NCBI RefSeq assembly: GCF_018350175.1
Contig: NC_058383.1
Location: 15,874,001 to 15,938,000, forward strand
Source: Felis catus
Lineage: Eukaryota
DNA length: 64,000 bases
Reading direction: 5' to 3'
The translations under genes and the position numbers were made by a program. The notes beneath the pieces were generated by a model. It searched no databases and was not told where the DNA came from. It saw only the letters and a list, made by a program, of their open reading frames with translations. This document shows positions 39,873 to 51,429 of the stretch, piece after piece (position 1 is the stretch's first letter; each line of letters begins with the position of its first letter).

Positions 39873-40554
39873 GGGCGGGAAGCGGGGAGGTGGAGGGGGG
39901 AAGTGATCTATTTTCCCCATGCCATTTCCCAGACTGCATCATTGAGTATAAGTACCATCATAAAATATGAAGGAAATAGAGAATGATATACCATGCAAAT
40001 ATTAATTTAAAAGTACACATTAAACTAAGTTTAACTAATGAAATTAAAATAGTACATCAAACTATATTATTGTACCACCTAAAATCATCTCCCTCACCAT
40101 GGCATTACATGTATCACACTTGGAAGACACTGGTTTCATAATTTCTAAAGGTGTTTGGCACCAAATTCTCAGACTCTCTCACCTCTCAATAAGAATCCAG
40201 TCAATGGACTCATTTCGGTTAAAATGGCTGCTCTGATGGGAAAGACATTTCTGGGAATCCAGCAAACCAGATTCTCAGTTCTGAGGTTTCAAAGACAAGG
40301 CCTGATGACACAAGAGTTGAAATGCTGCCAGAAGCACCCTCAGCCACTAAAGGATGGTTGGAGAGAATATAGGTGGCATAAGAGGAGATCCGAATCGGAG
40401 GATGGCCTTTCCGCTTTTCCCCCAGGAAAAGTTCAATGTATCAAGCTTCAGAATCATTCAGCAAAGGACTTGTAAAGGACACTGAATTTTGTCTATGGCT
40501 GTGAGATGAAGTCAATTAAAAGGAGGTATTATAAAATGGCACTGCCCAACATGC

Positions 40555-40857
40555 TGTGGTAGGGTCCCCTCCCTAAGGAAAGAAAAAAAAACCTCAAGGC
40601 AACCTGGCTATATGCGTACGTGACAACATCCCTCATGACCTTGTACCATCAGACCACTTAATCAGACTGCATGTTTGTCTGTTACCATATATGGGAGACA
40701 AAGAAGTAAAAAATATATTAAAACAACCATACCACATGGCGTTTAGGGCTCAGTTATTCGGGTATGAACCCAACTGGGTGGTGCCGACAGGAATAAAGTT
40801 GGTTCCTGGAAAGAAAAGCCTCGGTGTCACAACTCTCTGTGCAAGAATCCTTCTCCA
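40555..40857 (+). repeat. 5' LTR of the ERV
   Basis: Starts TGTGG, ends CA, contains AATAAA; direct repeat of 42489-42782 with roughly 10% mismatch by eye. Confidence 0.9.
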
Positions 40858-40862
40858 TTACT

Positions 40863-40882
40863 TGGAGGCTCACGCCCGGGAT
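40863..40882 (+). promoter_or_regulatory. ERV primer-binding site, tRNA-Pro-like (Thr not excluded)
   Basis: TGGAGGCTCACGCCCGGGAT, 5 nt after the LTR; compare the Pro PBS TGGGGGCTCGTCCGGGAT. Confidence 0.6.
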
Positions 40883-40935
40883 TCGGAGACACGTGTTTCT
40901 ACCTCTTTTGCCATTGGAGATACGAACATCAGAGC

Positions 40936-42463
40936 ATGGGCAAGGCAGCTTTCCCTGGCACCTTGCTCTACTCTTTGCCATAGGATTGGCCAAGGCTGCT
41001 CCAGCCAGCTAAAAATGTGGTGAGAGTTTTCTGTTAGCACTCACCTTCCTTTTGTGGATAGGATACTTCGTTGGTACCAACATGGGGAAACAATGGCCAT
41101 AAGAGACTAGAAAATTTAGATCCCCACCAATCTTATAGTAAAACAAAATACCCCAGTCCTACTACCAGGGTTTGGCTCCTCAAAAGCTCAATTATTGGGA
41201 AAAACTGTCTTGCCTGGTGGGGAAAAAGTTCATCGTCATCTCTGTTAAAAACTTAACATGCCTATGCCAAAGATTTTATAACTCAACTGGCCAGAAAACC
41301 CCATGGTGGGGGACTCCAGATCACCTTAAGACAGATCCCCACCCCTTGTCTAACTTCTCTCATCTCTGAGAGACCTGGGACAGTGTCAACGCAGCCATCA
41401 AATGGCAAACTCCAGGTGGACTATACTAGATATGTGAAAGGACAGCCTATATGGTACTTCCCTCAGGCTGGTCATGGTCATGTGTGCTGGAAACTATTCA
41501 TCCATCTTTCTTCCTGCTCCCACTTGCCAGAGAAAAACATTTGGAAGTCCAAGTGTATGGGGACAGCGAGACTCCAAAAAAAGCAGCATGCCTTACAAAT
41601 TGGCAATTAAAAAGACAGTAAATGGCCTCCTGAGCGTATAATCCAGTATTGTGGTCATGCCACCCGGGCAGAGGATGGGTCCTTGGGCTACCACACTCCC
41701 ATTTACATGCTAAACTGCATAATTAGACTACAAGCAGTTATAAAAATTATAACCAATAAAACTGCCAGAGCTCTTAACTTACGAGACAAGTAGCAAGCCA
41801 AAATACACAATGCCCTATCTATCATAATCTCTTGGCCTTAGATTACCTGCTTGCTTCTGACGGAAAAGTTTGTAAAAAGTTTAACCTACGCAACTGCTGC
41901 CTACAGAGAAATAAGGAAAATGAAATTCATAAAAGAGATCACAAATCAAATAAAAAGAATTGTTCATGTCCCCATCCAGACCTGAAACGGTTAAACCCCA
42001 GGGAGTTATTTGGAAAATGGTTTTCAACTTTTGGGGGATTCAAAACTCTCATAAAAATTATCCTCCTAGGGGCGCCTGGGTGGCGCAGTCGGTTGAGCGG
42101 CCGACTTCAGCCAGGTCACGATCTCGCGGTCCGGGAGTTCGAGCCCCGCGTCGGGCTCTGGGCTGATGGCTCAGAGCCTGGAGCCTGTTTCCGATTCTGT
42201 GTCTCCCTCTCTCTCTGCCCCTCCCCCGTTCATGCTCTGTCTCTCTCTGTCCCAAAAATAAATAAACGTTGAAAAAAAAAATTAAAAAAAAAAATTATCC
42301 TCCTAATTCTGGGAGGTTGCTTAATCCTACCTTGCTTATTAGCTCCCCTGGTAGTACGTTCTTTCTCCAGCCTCACTAAGGCCATGATTAAAAAAAAAAG
42401 ATAGCCACTCATGTAATGATGTTATAAAAATATAAGCCTCTAAACCAAGATGATGCTCTTTGA
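40936..42463 (+). pseudogene. Degenerate retroviral env (partial SU + TM), ERV3-1/HERV-R-like
   Basis: Peptides [79 protein letters not shown] (immunosuppressive domain plus CX7CC) and TM ILLILGGCLILPCLL resemble recalled human ERV3-1 Env. Multiple stops and frameshifts. Confidence 0.85.
42069..42289 (+). repeat. Very young SINEC_Fc inserted in the ERV env TM segment
   Basis: Perfect 16-bp TSD aaaaattatcctccta at 42053-42068 and 42290-42305. Confidence 0.95.
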
Positions 42464-42488
42464 CCCAAAACAGCATCAAAAGGGGGAA

Positions 42489-42782
42489 TGTGGCAGGGTC
42501 CCTCCCTAAGGAAAGGATAAAAACCTCAAGGCAACCTGGCTATACGTGTACGTGACACCATCCCCTACGACCTTGTAACATCAGACCACTTAATCAGACT
42601 GCATGTTTGTGTGTTACCATATATGGGAGACAAAGAAGTAAAAAATATATAAAAAAAACTACGCCACGTGGGGCTCAGTTCTTCGGGTACGAACCCAACT
42701 GAGCAGTGCTGGCAGGAATAAAGTTGCTTCCTGGAAAGAAAAGCCTTGGTGTCACGACTCTCTGTGAGAGAATCCTGCTATA
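42489..42782 (+). repeat. 3' LTR of the ERV
   Basis: Immediately follows the PPT; TGTGG start, TATATAAAA box, AATAAA; terminal CA decayed to TA. Confidence 0.9.
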
Positions 42783-43236
42783 ATGTCAGCCACCGCCTAC
42801 ACACAGCTACTCATATCTACATTTAATTAAAATTAAATGACTCTACAAATGCAGTTCCTCCTTTGCACAAGCCACATTTCCAATGACCAACAGCTACAAG
42901 TGGCTAAAAGCTACTGTATAGGACAGACCAGAGGTATATTTCTATCACTGCAGAAGGTTCCCCTGAATGGGGCTGCTCTGTGGTCTTTACTGATCAAGTC
43001 ATGGATTAGAAGAAAATACAGTCATGTGACAAGGTGCAGTGGAGCTGAAACTGCAAGTGACAATCAAAGTAGATCTAGAGGAAAAGCAATATATCATTTT
43101 CTTTCTCCCCAGTCCTGATCCCCTATTTGCATTTTGTTGTCGAGAGCTTTTTGTGTCAACAGGGTTGGACATACTCCACTTAAGGAGCTAAGAGTGACAA
43201 GCATATAAATTATTTGGAAAATAATAAAAAGTTTGT

Positions 43237-44181
43237 GGGGCACCTGGGTGGCTCGGTCGATTGAACATCCAAATTGAGCTCAGGTCATGATCTCACCATT
43301 CGTGAGTTCAACCCCTGCGTTGGGCTCTGTGCTGACAGTGGAGAGCCTGGAGCCTGCTTCGGATTCTGCGTCTCCCTTTCTCTCTGCTCCTCCCCCACTC
43401 ACACTCTGTCTCTCTCAAAAATAAATAAACATAAAAAAAAAAAAAAAAAAAGAACAGAGCCTTGGGAACCCATAGAACCATTATTAAAGTTCTAACAGTT
43501 GTCTTTGGAGTTCCAGAAAGAAAAGAGAAAGAGACTGGGGTAGAAAAAAATATTTCAAAATAATGGTTCAAAGCCTTACAAATTTGGTAAGAAACAAAAA
43601 TTTATGTAATCAAGAAGCTCAGCAAAGATAAACTTAAAAAAAAAAAATCAAAATCAGATTTTTGAAGACCAGAGAAAAGAAAAAATACTAAAAGCAGCTA
43701 GAGGAAAGTAACACATTACACATTGCGTGACCACAGATTACTCATCAGAAATCGTGATAGTTAGACTGAAATAACATCTTTAAAGTGCTAAAAGACCAAT
43801 TAACCTATGACACTATCCTTCAGGAATGAAAGAAAATAACATTCTCAATTGAAAGAAAACTAAGAAAATTCGTAGCAGCAGATTTGTTCTAAAAGAAATG
43901 TTAATGGAAGTTCTTCAAGCTGAAGTAAATGATGAGAAATAAACATGGAACTTCAGAAATGAATGAAGAATGGGGTGCCTGGGTGGCTCAGTAGGTTAGG
44001 TGTCTGACTTGGGCTCAGGTCATGATCTCACGGTTTGTGAGTTCAAGCCTGTGTCAGGCTCTGTGTTGACAGCTCAGCACAGAGGCCGCTTTCAGATTCT
44101 CTGTCCCCTTCTCTCTCTGCTCCTCCCCTGTCATGTGCTCTCTCTCTCAAAAACAGACATTAAAAAAAAAAAAAAAAAAAG
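43237..44181 (+). repeat. Two CanSINEs (43237-43451, 43972-44181)
   Basis: SINE heads and long A tails; the first has no visible TSD, the second is flanked by agaaatgaat.aaga. Confidence 0.88.
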
Positions 44182-45514
44182 AAGAAATGAATAAAGAGCA
44201 AAATAAATGGTAAAATTCTGGGTAAACATAAAAGACTATTTTATCCTCCTAAATTCTTTAAAATATGTAAAAGTATATAAAGCAAATGTTGAAACACAGC
44301 TAAATACTAATTTCAGTGATGTAGATATAATAAATACAACATAAAAGGGAGAAGTTAAGAGTCTTACATATAGTTTACTGACAGTGATAAAATACTAACT
44401 TTATCCTGACTGTAAACGAATAGGTATATAGATTGCTATCCCTACAGCAAAATATATGAAAAGATATAGCCAAAAAGCAAAAAGACAGATTTTTAAAGAC
44501 TAAGGAACAAGAACCATATGAACACCTCAACAGACACAGAAAAAGCAACTGACAAAATTCAATATCCAGTCATGATAAAAATCTAACCAAACTGAACTTC
44601 CTACACCTGGTAAAGAGCATCCATGAAAAACCTAAGCTAACATACTTACTGGTAAATAACTGAAAGCCTTCCCATAACATCAGGAACAAGGTAGGGATGT
44701 CTGCTCTTATCACTCTTGTCCAACATCATACATCAACATAATGGTCCTAGCCAGAGCATGAGACAGGAAAAAGAAATAGACAAAAGATTTGAAAAAAATA
44801 AAAGTCTGTATCCACAAATACCATGATTGTCTACATAGAACAATCACAAGGAACGTGCTAAAAAATAAAAAAGCCCCTGGTATTAGTAAATGGATTTAGC
44901 AAGGTTGTACAGCATAAGATCAATACAGACAAATCAGGTGTATTTCTCTACATTAGCAATGAACATCTAGAAGTCAGTGTTATTTAAAATAGCACCAAAA
45001 ATTATTAAATACATAGGTATAATCTAATAAACTGTGCAGAACCTGTATGCTGAACCACAAAAACAGCGATGGAAGAAATTAAACTCCTAAATAAATGGAG
45101 AGATACACTGTTTTCATGGATTGGAAGACTCAATATTCATATCAATTCTCCCTCAAAACTGATATATACATGTAATACAATCCCAATCAGAATCTCAGCA
45201 GGATCTGTTCTAGATATCAGTAAGATGATTTGAAAATTTATATAAAAAGGCAAAGGAACCAGAAAAGCCAAAACAATTTTGAAAAGAACGAAGTTGAAGA
45301 ACTTACACTATTTGAATTCAACACTTACTACAAAGCTTCAGTGATTAAGACAGTGTGACACTGGCAAAAGAATAGACACATAGATCAATGGAACAGATTA
45401 CAGAATGAAGTGACAGAATCAACAGATGACTTACAAAACTGCAAAGGCAATTCAACAAAGAAAGGGTGGTCTTTTCAACAAATGTTATTGAAACACTGAA
45501 ATTTGCAGGCGCAG

Positions 45515-45517
<3 letters not shown>

Positions 45518-45548
<31 letters not shown>
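45518..45548. repeat. (CA)n microsatellite
   Basis: Direct reading. Confidence 0.95.
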
Positions 45549-45550
<2 letters not shown>

Positions 45551-47989
45551 AATCTCAACCCGTATCTCACAACATACCCTCAAAATCAACTCAAATGGAT
45601 CATTTCTAGAAGAAAACACAAGAGAAAAATCTTTGTAACCCTGGATATGGCAGTTTTTACACAAAACATAAAGGCAGGATGCATAAGAGAAGAAAGAATA
45701 GATAAATTTGACTCCATCAAAACCTTGTGTTCTGAGATAGTGTTAAGAGAATGAAAAGACAAACCACAAATTGGACAGAATATCTGCAAATTACATACGA
45801 ACAAAAGACTTACATCCAGAATATACAAAGAACTGTCAAACTTATGTAATAAAAACAAAATAATGGGCAAAATATTTAAATAGACATTTCATCCAAGATA
45901 TGTGAAATAAAACACTCATTCATTACCAAGAAAATGTAATTAAACCACAATGAGATACCCCTTCAAACCAATATAAACAGCTAAACTAAAAATTACTAAA
46001 AATACCAAGTACTCGTGGAACTCTCTTACATTGGCTACAGAGCATGCAGAATAGTGCAGTCACTTTAGAAAAGAGTTTGGCAGTTTCTTAGAGTTAAACT
46101 TATTCTCACACAAAAACACAGATGGTGTGTTTACAGTAGCTGCATAATTGCCAAAAACTGGAAACATCTCAAATGTCTTTCAATTGATTAGTGAATAAAC
46201 AAACTGCAGTATATCCATACACTGGAATACTACTTAGCAATAAAACGGAATAAATGCACAACAATGTGGATAAAGCACAAATGCAGTATGCAAATGTAGG
46301 AAGACACACTCAAAAGGCTATATACTGTATTATTTCATTTACATGATTTCTGGAAAGGGCAAACTCATAGGAAAAAAAACAGATCAGCTGCCAAGCACTG
46401 GGCACAGGGAAAGGCATTAATTACAAAAGACATAATGAGATAATTTCTGGGGGTGATGAAACTGATCTGCCATACACATGAATTGCTTATATATTAATGA
46501 CAAGATAAATCATTTGAAAATAAATACTTATAAGAATCCAGTGTTACTCTAAAATTTCTGGGAGTGAAATATTTTCTTGACCGGCTGTTGGAAGAGTAGC
46601 TATGTTATTTTTCCCCAGAAGATAAAGTTCCTTCTCAACACCCAAACAAGGACAACCACAGGGCTCACTGGGTCTACTATCTTTATACACACACTTAACT
46701 AGCTTTCTCAGAAAAACAACATGAAACTTTAGGTAAGCTGTACCACTTACTCTGTGACTGATCTGGGGCACATATGTAACTTATCTCAACCTCAGCCCAC
46801 TAATCTGTAAAACACTGAGTTGGCTGTCAGGATTAAGTGAGGCAGTTTATATAAAATAGCCAAAGCCTTACTTTTCCTACACTTAGACTTTGTCTTCTCA
46901 CCTTCCCTTTCCCTCATATTCTATAGAAACATTTCCATTGGAAGTTAGTCTATTCTCAGAGCTAAACTCCAATTTCTGAACCATCTGGTTATGAATACTT
47001 TTTTTTTTTAAGTTTATTTTGAGAGAGACACAGAGAGAGCATAAGGAGCAGGGAAGGGGCAGAGAGAAGGGGAGAGAATCCCAAGCAGGCTCCGCACTAT
47101 CAGCACAAAGCCCAAGGTGGGGCTTGAACTCACAAACCATGAGATCATGACCCAAGCCGAAACCAAGAGTTGGCCGCTCAACTGACTTAGCTACCCAGGC
47201 CCCCTGATTTTGTGTATTTCTTAAAATAATTTTCAGCTACCAAAAAAGGCCAGGCACCCCTGACTACTTCAAACACCACAAATATTAACCATAATATTTG
47301 TGTACCAACGGCAGGCAATAAAGCCACAACACCAGTGAGGATTCAGCTTCTGCTCTTTTCATTGTAAACACAACCTGCTTCAAATCTGTTTTATCAATAT
47401 TAAAGGTTGTAATGGCCAAAAAGCATTTAGACTAAAGGAATAATTTCAACTGACTACATCGTTAGGTGCTCTCACAAAGTCTACTTTCTTGCATTTTGGC
47501 CTCCCCACTAAAAGAGTTTGGAGAAAAAAATGAGAACTCAAAGAGGTGACAGACTGATTTACTTAGATCAGTCGGAATGAAGTGATTTCATCATAACAGG
47601 TAGAATAACAACAGTACTTTATCATTCAGGAACCAAAAGCAAAGACAGCCAAAAAGGACAAAGTTCAACTAGAAAGCTGAAATAACGAACTCAAATATCC
47701 CCATCTGCAGTAGAGTCTATACAGTAACAGCAGTCCATTGGGCTGCTTTGAAAATTACAATTAAATGAGAGTGTTAAATGAACAAACATTAAATGGACTC
47801 AATAAATGGAATGTAAGGTAGAGACGTGAAACTTCCCTGGTTCATCCGATATAATTCATACTGGCTTTTAATAAGGAAGATCTTCTCTGATACTCTCCCC
47901 CCCCCCACCCGCCCACAAACATTACAAGCTTCTAAGCTTAAAGCTTATAATACATCAAAGAACAAGAATGACTTTGGGTAACAAGTAAA

Positions 47990-49875
47990 TAATCTTCCCT
48001 CAAAAATACATACATATGGTCCTAGACACAACTTACCAAGACTCGATGAAGAAATAAAAAATCTCAACAGACCTATAAGTAGTAGGGAGATTTAATGAAT
48101 AATCTAAAACCTCAAATAAAGAAAGGTCCAGGACAAGATGGGTTTCACAGGTGAATTCTAGCTAACATTTAACCAAGAATTACCACCAAATCTTCTCAGG
48201 GGCACCTGGCTGCCTCAGTTGGTACAGCATGCAACCCTTGATCTCAGGGTCGTGAGTTCAAGCCCCTCATTGGGCGTGGAACCTACTTAAAATAAATAAA
48301 GAATACAGTGTGTCAAATATTAAAAAAATAAACAACAAAAAAAACCCCACCAAATCTTCTAACTCCTCTAAAATATTAAAGCAGGCGGAACACTTTCTAT
48401 TTTATAAGGCCAAGACTGCCCTGATACTAAAGCCAGATAAAGACACCACAAGAAAACTATAGACCAGTATCTCTTAAGTTAGTGCAAAATCCTCAACAGT
48501 ATATTAACCCAACCAGCATATTAAGGAATTACACACAATGACCAAGTGGGATTAATTCATGGAATGCAAGAACTGCTCAACACGTGAAAATCCATCAGTG
48601 TAATGTATCACACTAAAAACTGAAGGAAAAAAACCCACCTAATCAGCTGAGTTGTTGCAGAAAAAGCATGTGGCACAATTCAATACCCTTGCATGATAAA
48701 AATATTCAGCAAACTTGGAATAGAAGGAAACTACGTCAACATAACAAAGACCACATACAAAAAACCCACAGGTAACATCTATTCAATGGTGCAAGGGTTT
48801 GAAAGTTTTTTCTCTTAAGATTAGGAAGATGACAAGGATGACTGCTTTCACACTTTTTTTTTTTGAAGTTTATTTATTTTGAAAGAGAGAGAGAGAGAAA
48901 GACAGAGGGTGGGAGGCAGGGAGGGAGGGAGGGAGAGGGAGAGGGAGAGGGAGAGGGAGAATATCCCAAGAAGGCTTCAGGCAATCAGTGCAGAGCCTGA
49001 CATAGGGCTTAATCTCACGAACCATGAGATCACGACTTGAACCGAAAGAGAGTCAGACGCTTAACCAACTGAGCCACCCAGGCGTCCCTGATTTCACCAC
49101 TTCTATTCAACATAGTACTGGAAGTCCTAGCCAGAGTAATTAAACAAGAAAAAGACACAAAAGCATGCAAACTGAAAAAGAAGTAAAATTATCTCTGTTC
49201 ACAGACAACAACACTATGATATAGGTGGAAAAGCCTAAAGATGCAACAAAAAACTGTTAGAACTGATAAACAATTTCAGCAAAGTTACAGGATACAAAAA
49301 TCAACACATGAAAACCAGTTGTGTTTCTATATACTGATAATGAACAATCTGAAAAAGAAATTAAGAAACAACTCCATTTACAACAGCACTGAAAAAAATT
49401 AAATAATTAGGGATAAACTTAACCAAGGAGGTAAAAGATTTGTATACTGAAGACTATAAAATATTGCTGAAAGATTTAAAGAAGACATAAACAGAAAGAA
49501 ATCCCATGTTTGTGGACTGCAAAACTTTACACTGTTAAGATGTCAATACTATCCAAAAACAACCTACAGATTCAACATAAGCCCTATCAAAATCCCAATA
49601 ACATTTTTTGCAGAAATAGAAAAAGCCATATGGAAATCCCAAGGGACCCTAAACAATCCAAATAATCTTGAAAAAGAATACAAACAGAAAATGGAACAGT
49701 GATTGTCAGGGGCTGGGGTGAGGAAGAAATGGGAGTTATTTAATTGGTACAGAGTTCCAGTTTTGTAAGATTAAAAACTCCTGGATACTGGTTGCACAAC
49801 ATGTGAATATATTTAACACTAATGAACTACACACTTAAAAGTGGTTAGGATGATAAATTTTACCACAAGTGAAAA
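47990..49875 (+). mobile_element. L1MB-like ORF2 (RT region) fragments and 3' end, interrupted by SINEs
   Basis: Degenerate ORF2 motifs (gatgg.ttcacaggtgaattcta, gaccaagtgggatt..t.catggaatgcaag, ctattcaacatagtactggaagtcctagccagag). Confidence 0.8.
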
Positions 49876-50616
49876 AACAAATTATATACACACAAACACA
49901 CATTTGAAAGATGACTGCCTTCAGAGTTCACCTGGAGAGGCAAGAGAAGTCACTTAGTTTATTGACAGTGTAGCCCCCGTGTGTCTGAAGTAACACCAAT
50001 GTTTCCCTCAAAAGAAAATTATTAATTATCCTGAATGAATGACAACGGCTTTTGGGATTTATCAGCTCTGGTATTAATTCTAAAAGACTAGGGCTAGTAT
50101 TCTTCTCATATAAACTAATCTTAATCTAATTTTTAATGATGTTTATAATTCCTATTTAAAAAAAGAAAGAAAGAAAGTAACCAGGAAAAGTAATCAAGCC
50201 CCTGGAAGACAATATTATCAACCCATTTTTGCCCCAAGTAAACACAAATGACAAATGACTTAACTGATCAACTTTATAGAGCGCACTGTAATTTGTGAAC
50301 TTCATTTCTAACCAATCTGGCCTGAGTGCCAGAAAGGGGTTATGGGGCAGCTCATAGAACTGGGATTCAAAAAACAACAAAAAACAAATAAAGATTTTTT
50401 ACATTACATTCTGTTTCTGGCTCTAGAAAGACACTTGTGTCTAAGTCTTAGCTGTCTGGTCTATGATACCATGATCCTACTGTAAAAGAGCACTGTGTGT
50501 TAATTATGATTCAAAACCCAACTAAACAGAAATACACCAATGCTAAGGATGGTTTTTGTAAGCTATCATTTTCATTATGTGTCACACTTTTCCTAGTTAA
50601 AATAATTTTTACTTAC

Positions 50617-50711
50617 TTGGTCAACTTGTGGCTTTTCATTGCTGTGAGAAACTCTCTGACAATCTCAGGACTCTGGTGCCTGCATGGTGTTTTTGATATA
50701 TATTTTAATGT
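50617..50711 (-). CDS. CRCP: CRCP coding exon 4 (95 bp): TLKYISKTPCRHQSPEIVREFLTAMKSHKLT(K)
   Basis: ttttcgtag|ACA TTA AAA ... TTG ACC AA|gtaagt; phase 0/2; peptide matches CRCP. Confidence 0.97.
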
Positions 50712-51429
50712 CTACGAAAAAAATTTTAAAAAGAAAATGCATAAGACAAAAAAATCTGAATGAGAAAAAGGGAAGTCAATGGTTATAATTTAGTATTGTA
50801 AAATTTTGTTTAAAAAATCTTCTATAGGGGTGCCTTGGGTGGCTCAGTCGGTTAAGTGTCCAACTTCAGCTCAGGTCACGATCTCATAGTTTGTGAGTTC
50901 AAGCCCCACGTCAGTCTCTGTGTTGACAACTCAAAGTCTGGAGCCTGCTTCAGGTTCTGTGTCACCCTCTCTCTCTGTCCCTCCCCTGCTCACTCTGTCT
51001 CTCACTCTCTCTCAAAAATAAAAAAATATTAAATAAAAATAAAAGACAATCTTCTATAAAAAAATGCCTTCAGGAGAGTTAATCTTCATATAATGGGAAT
51101 TCCTCAAAAAGAAAATCAGTAGCTAGAACAGGAATAATGAATGACATTCAGGAAGAAAGCTTTCCTGATCTTAAAAAAAAAAAGAAGAAAAACCTCAATC
51201 TGACAATTGTGTTATATTTCAATTTTTTTCTTTTTTCTTTTTAATGTTTATTTTTAAGGGAGAGTGCAAGTGGGACAGGAGCAGAGAGAGAGAGGAAGAC
51301 AGAGGGTCCAAAGCAGGCTTCACACTGAAAGCAGCAAGCCCAATGTGGGGCTCGAACTCATGAAACGTGAGATCATGACCTGAGCAGAAGTTGCCACTCA
51401 ACCGACTGAGCCACCCAGGAGCCCCTTCA

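Larger units (their letters stand above)
40555..42782 (+). mobile_element. Internally deleted class I (gamma-like) ERV provirus: LTR-PBS-env remnant-PPT-LTR, no gag/pol
   Basis: Two ~300-bp direct repeats (40555-40857, 42489-42782), a PBS-like sequence after the 5' LTR, polypurine tract aaaagggggaa at 42478-42488, 4-bp TSD atgc/atgt, and env-like peptides between the LTRs. Confidence 0.93.
40538..42978. mobile_element. MER3/MER33-type hAT-Charlie DNA transposon split by the ERV (40538-40554 + 42787-42978)
   Basis: gcactgcccaacatg...cagccac...atttaattaaaattaaat...cagttcctc...gcacaagccacatttc...gtggct...ggacag matches the recalled MER3/MER33 consensus. Confidence 0.7.
36130..46470 (+). mobile_element. 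Large old L1M (5' UTR-ORF1-ORF2-3' UTR, deleted) hosting a ~6 kb inserted block at 37451-43451
   Basis: ORF1 sequence breaks at ...aactgaacaga (37450) and resumes at gaacagagccttggga (43452); ORF2 remnants at 44500-46300. Confidence 0.7.
46998..51425. repeat. Dispersed CanSINEs (46998-47204 minus, 48198-48345 plus, 48853-49088 minus, 50827-51045 plus, 51220-51425 minus)
   Basis: SINE heads, (CT)n/(AG)n linkers and tails; the span also contains L1 sequence and CRCP exon 4. Confidence 0.8.

Noticed and set aside
40936..42463. Env remnant as a domesticated syncytin-like gene
   Set aside because: Multiple stops and frameshifts, a degraded furin site, missing proximal SU and a SINE in the TM segment; it cannot encode a functional Env.
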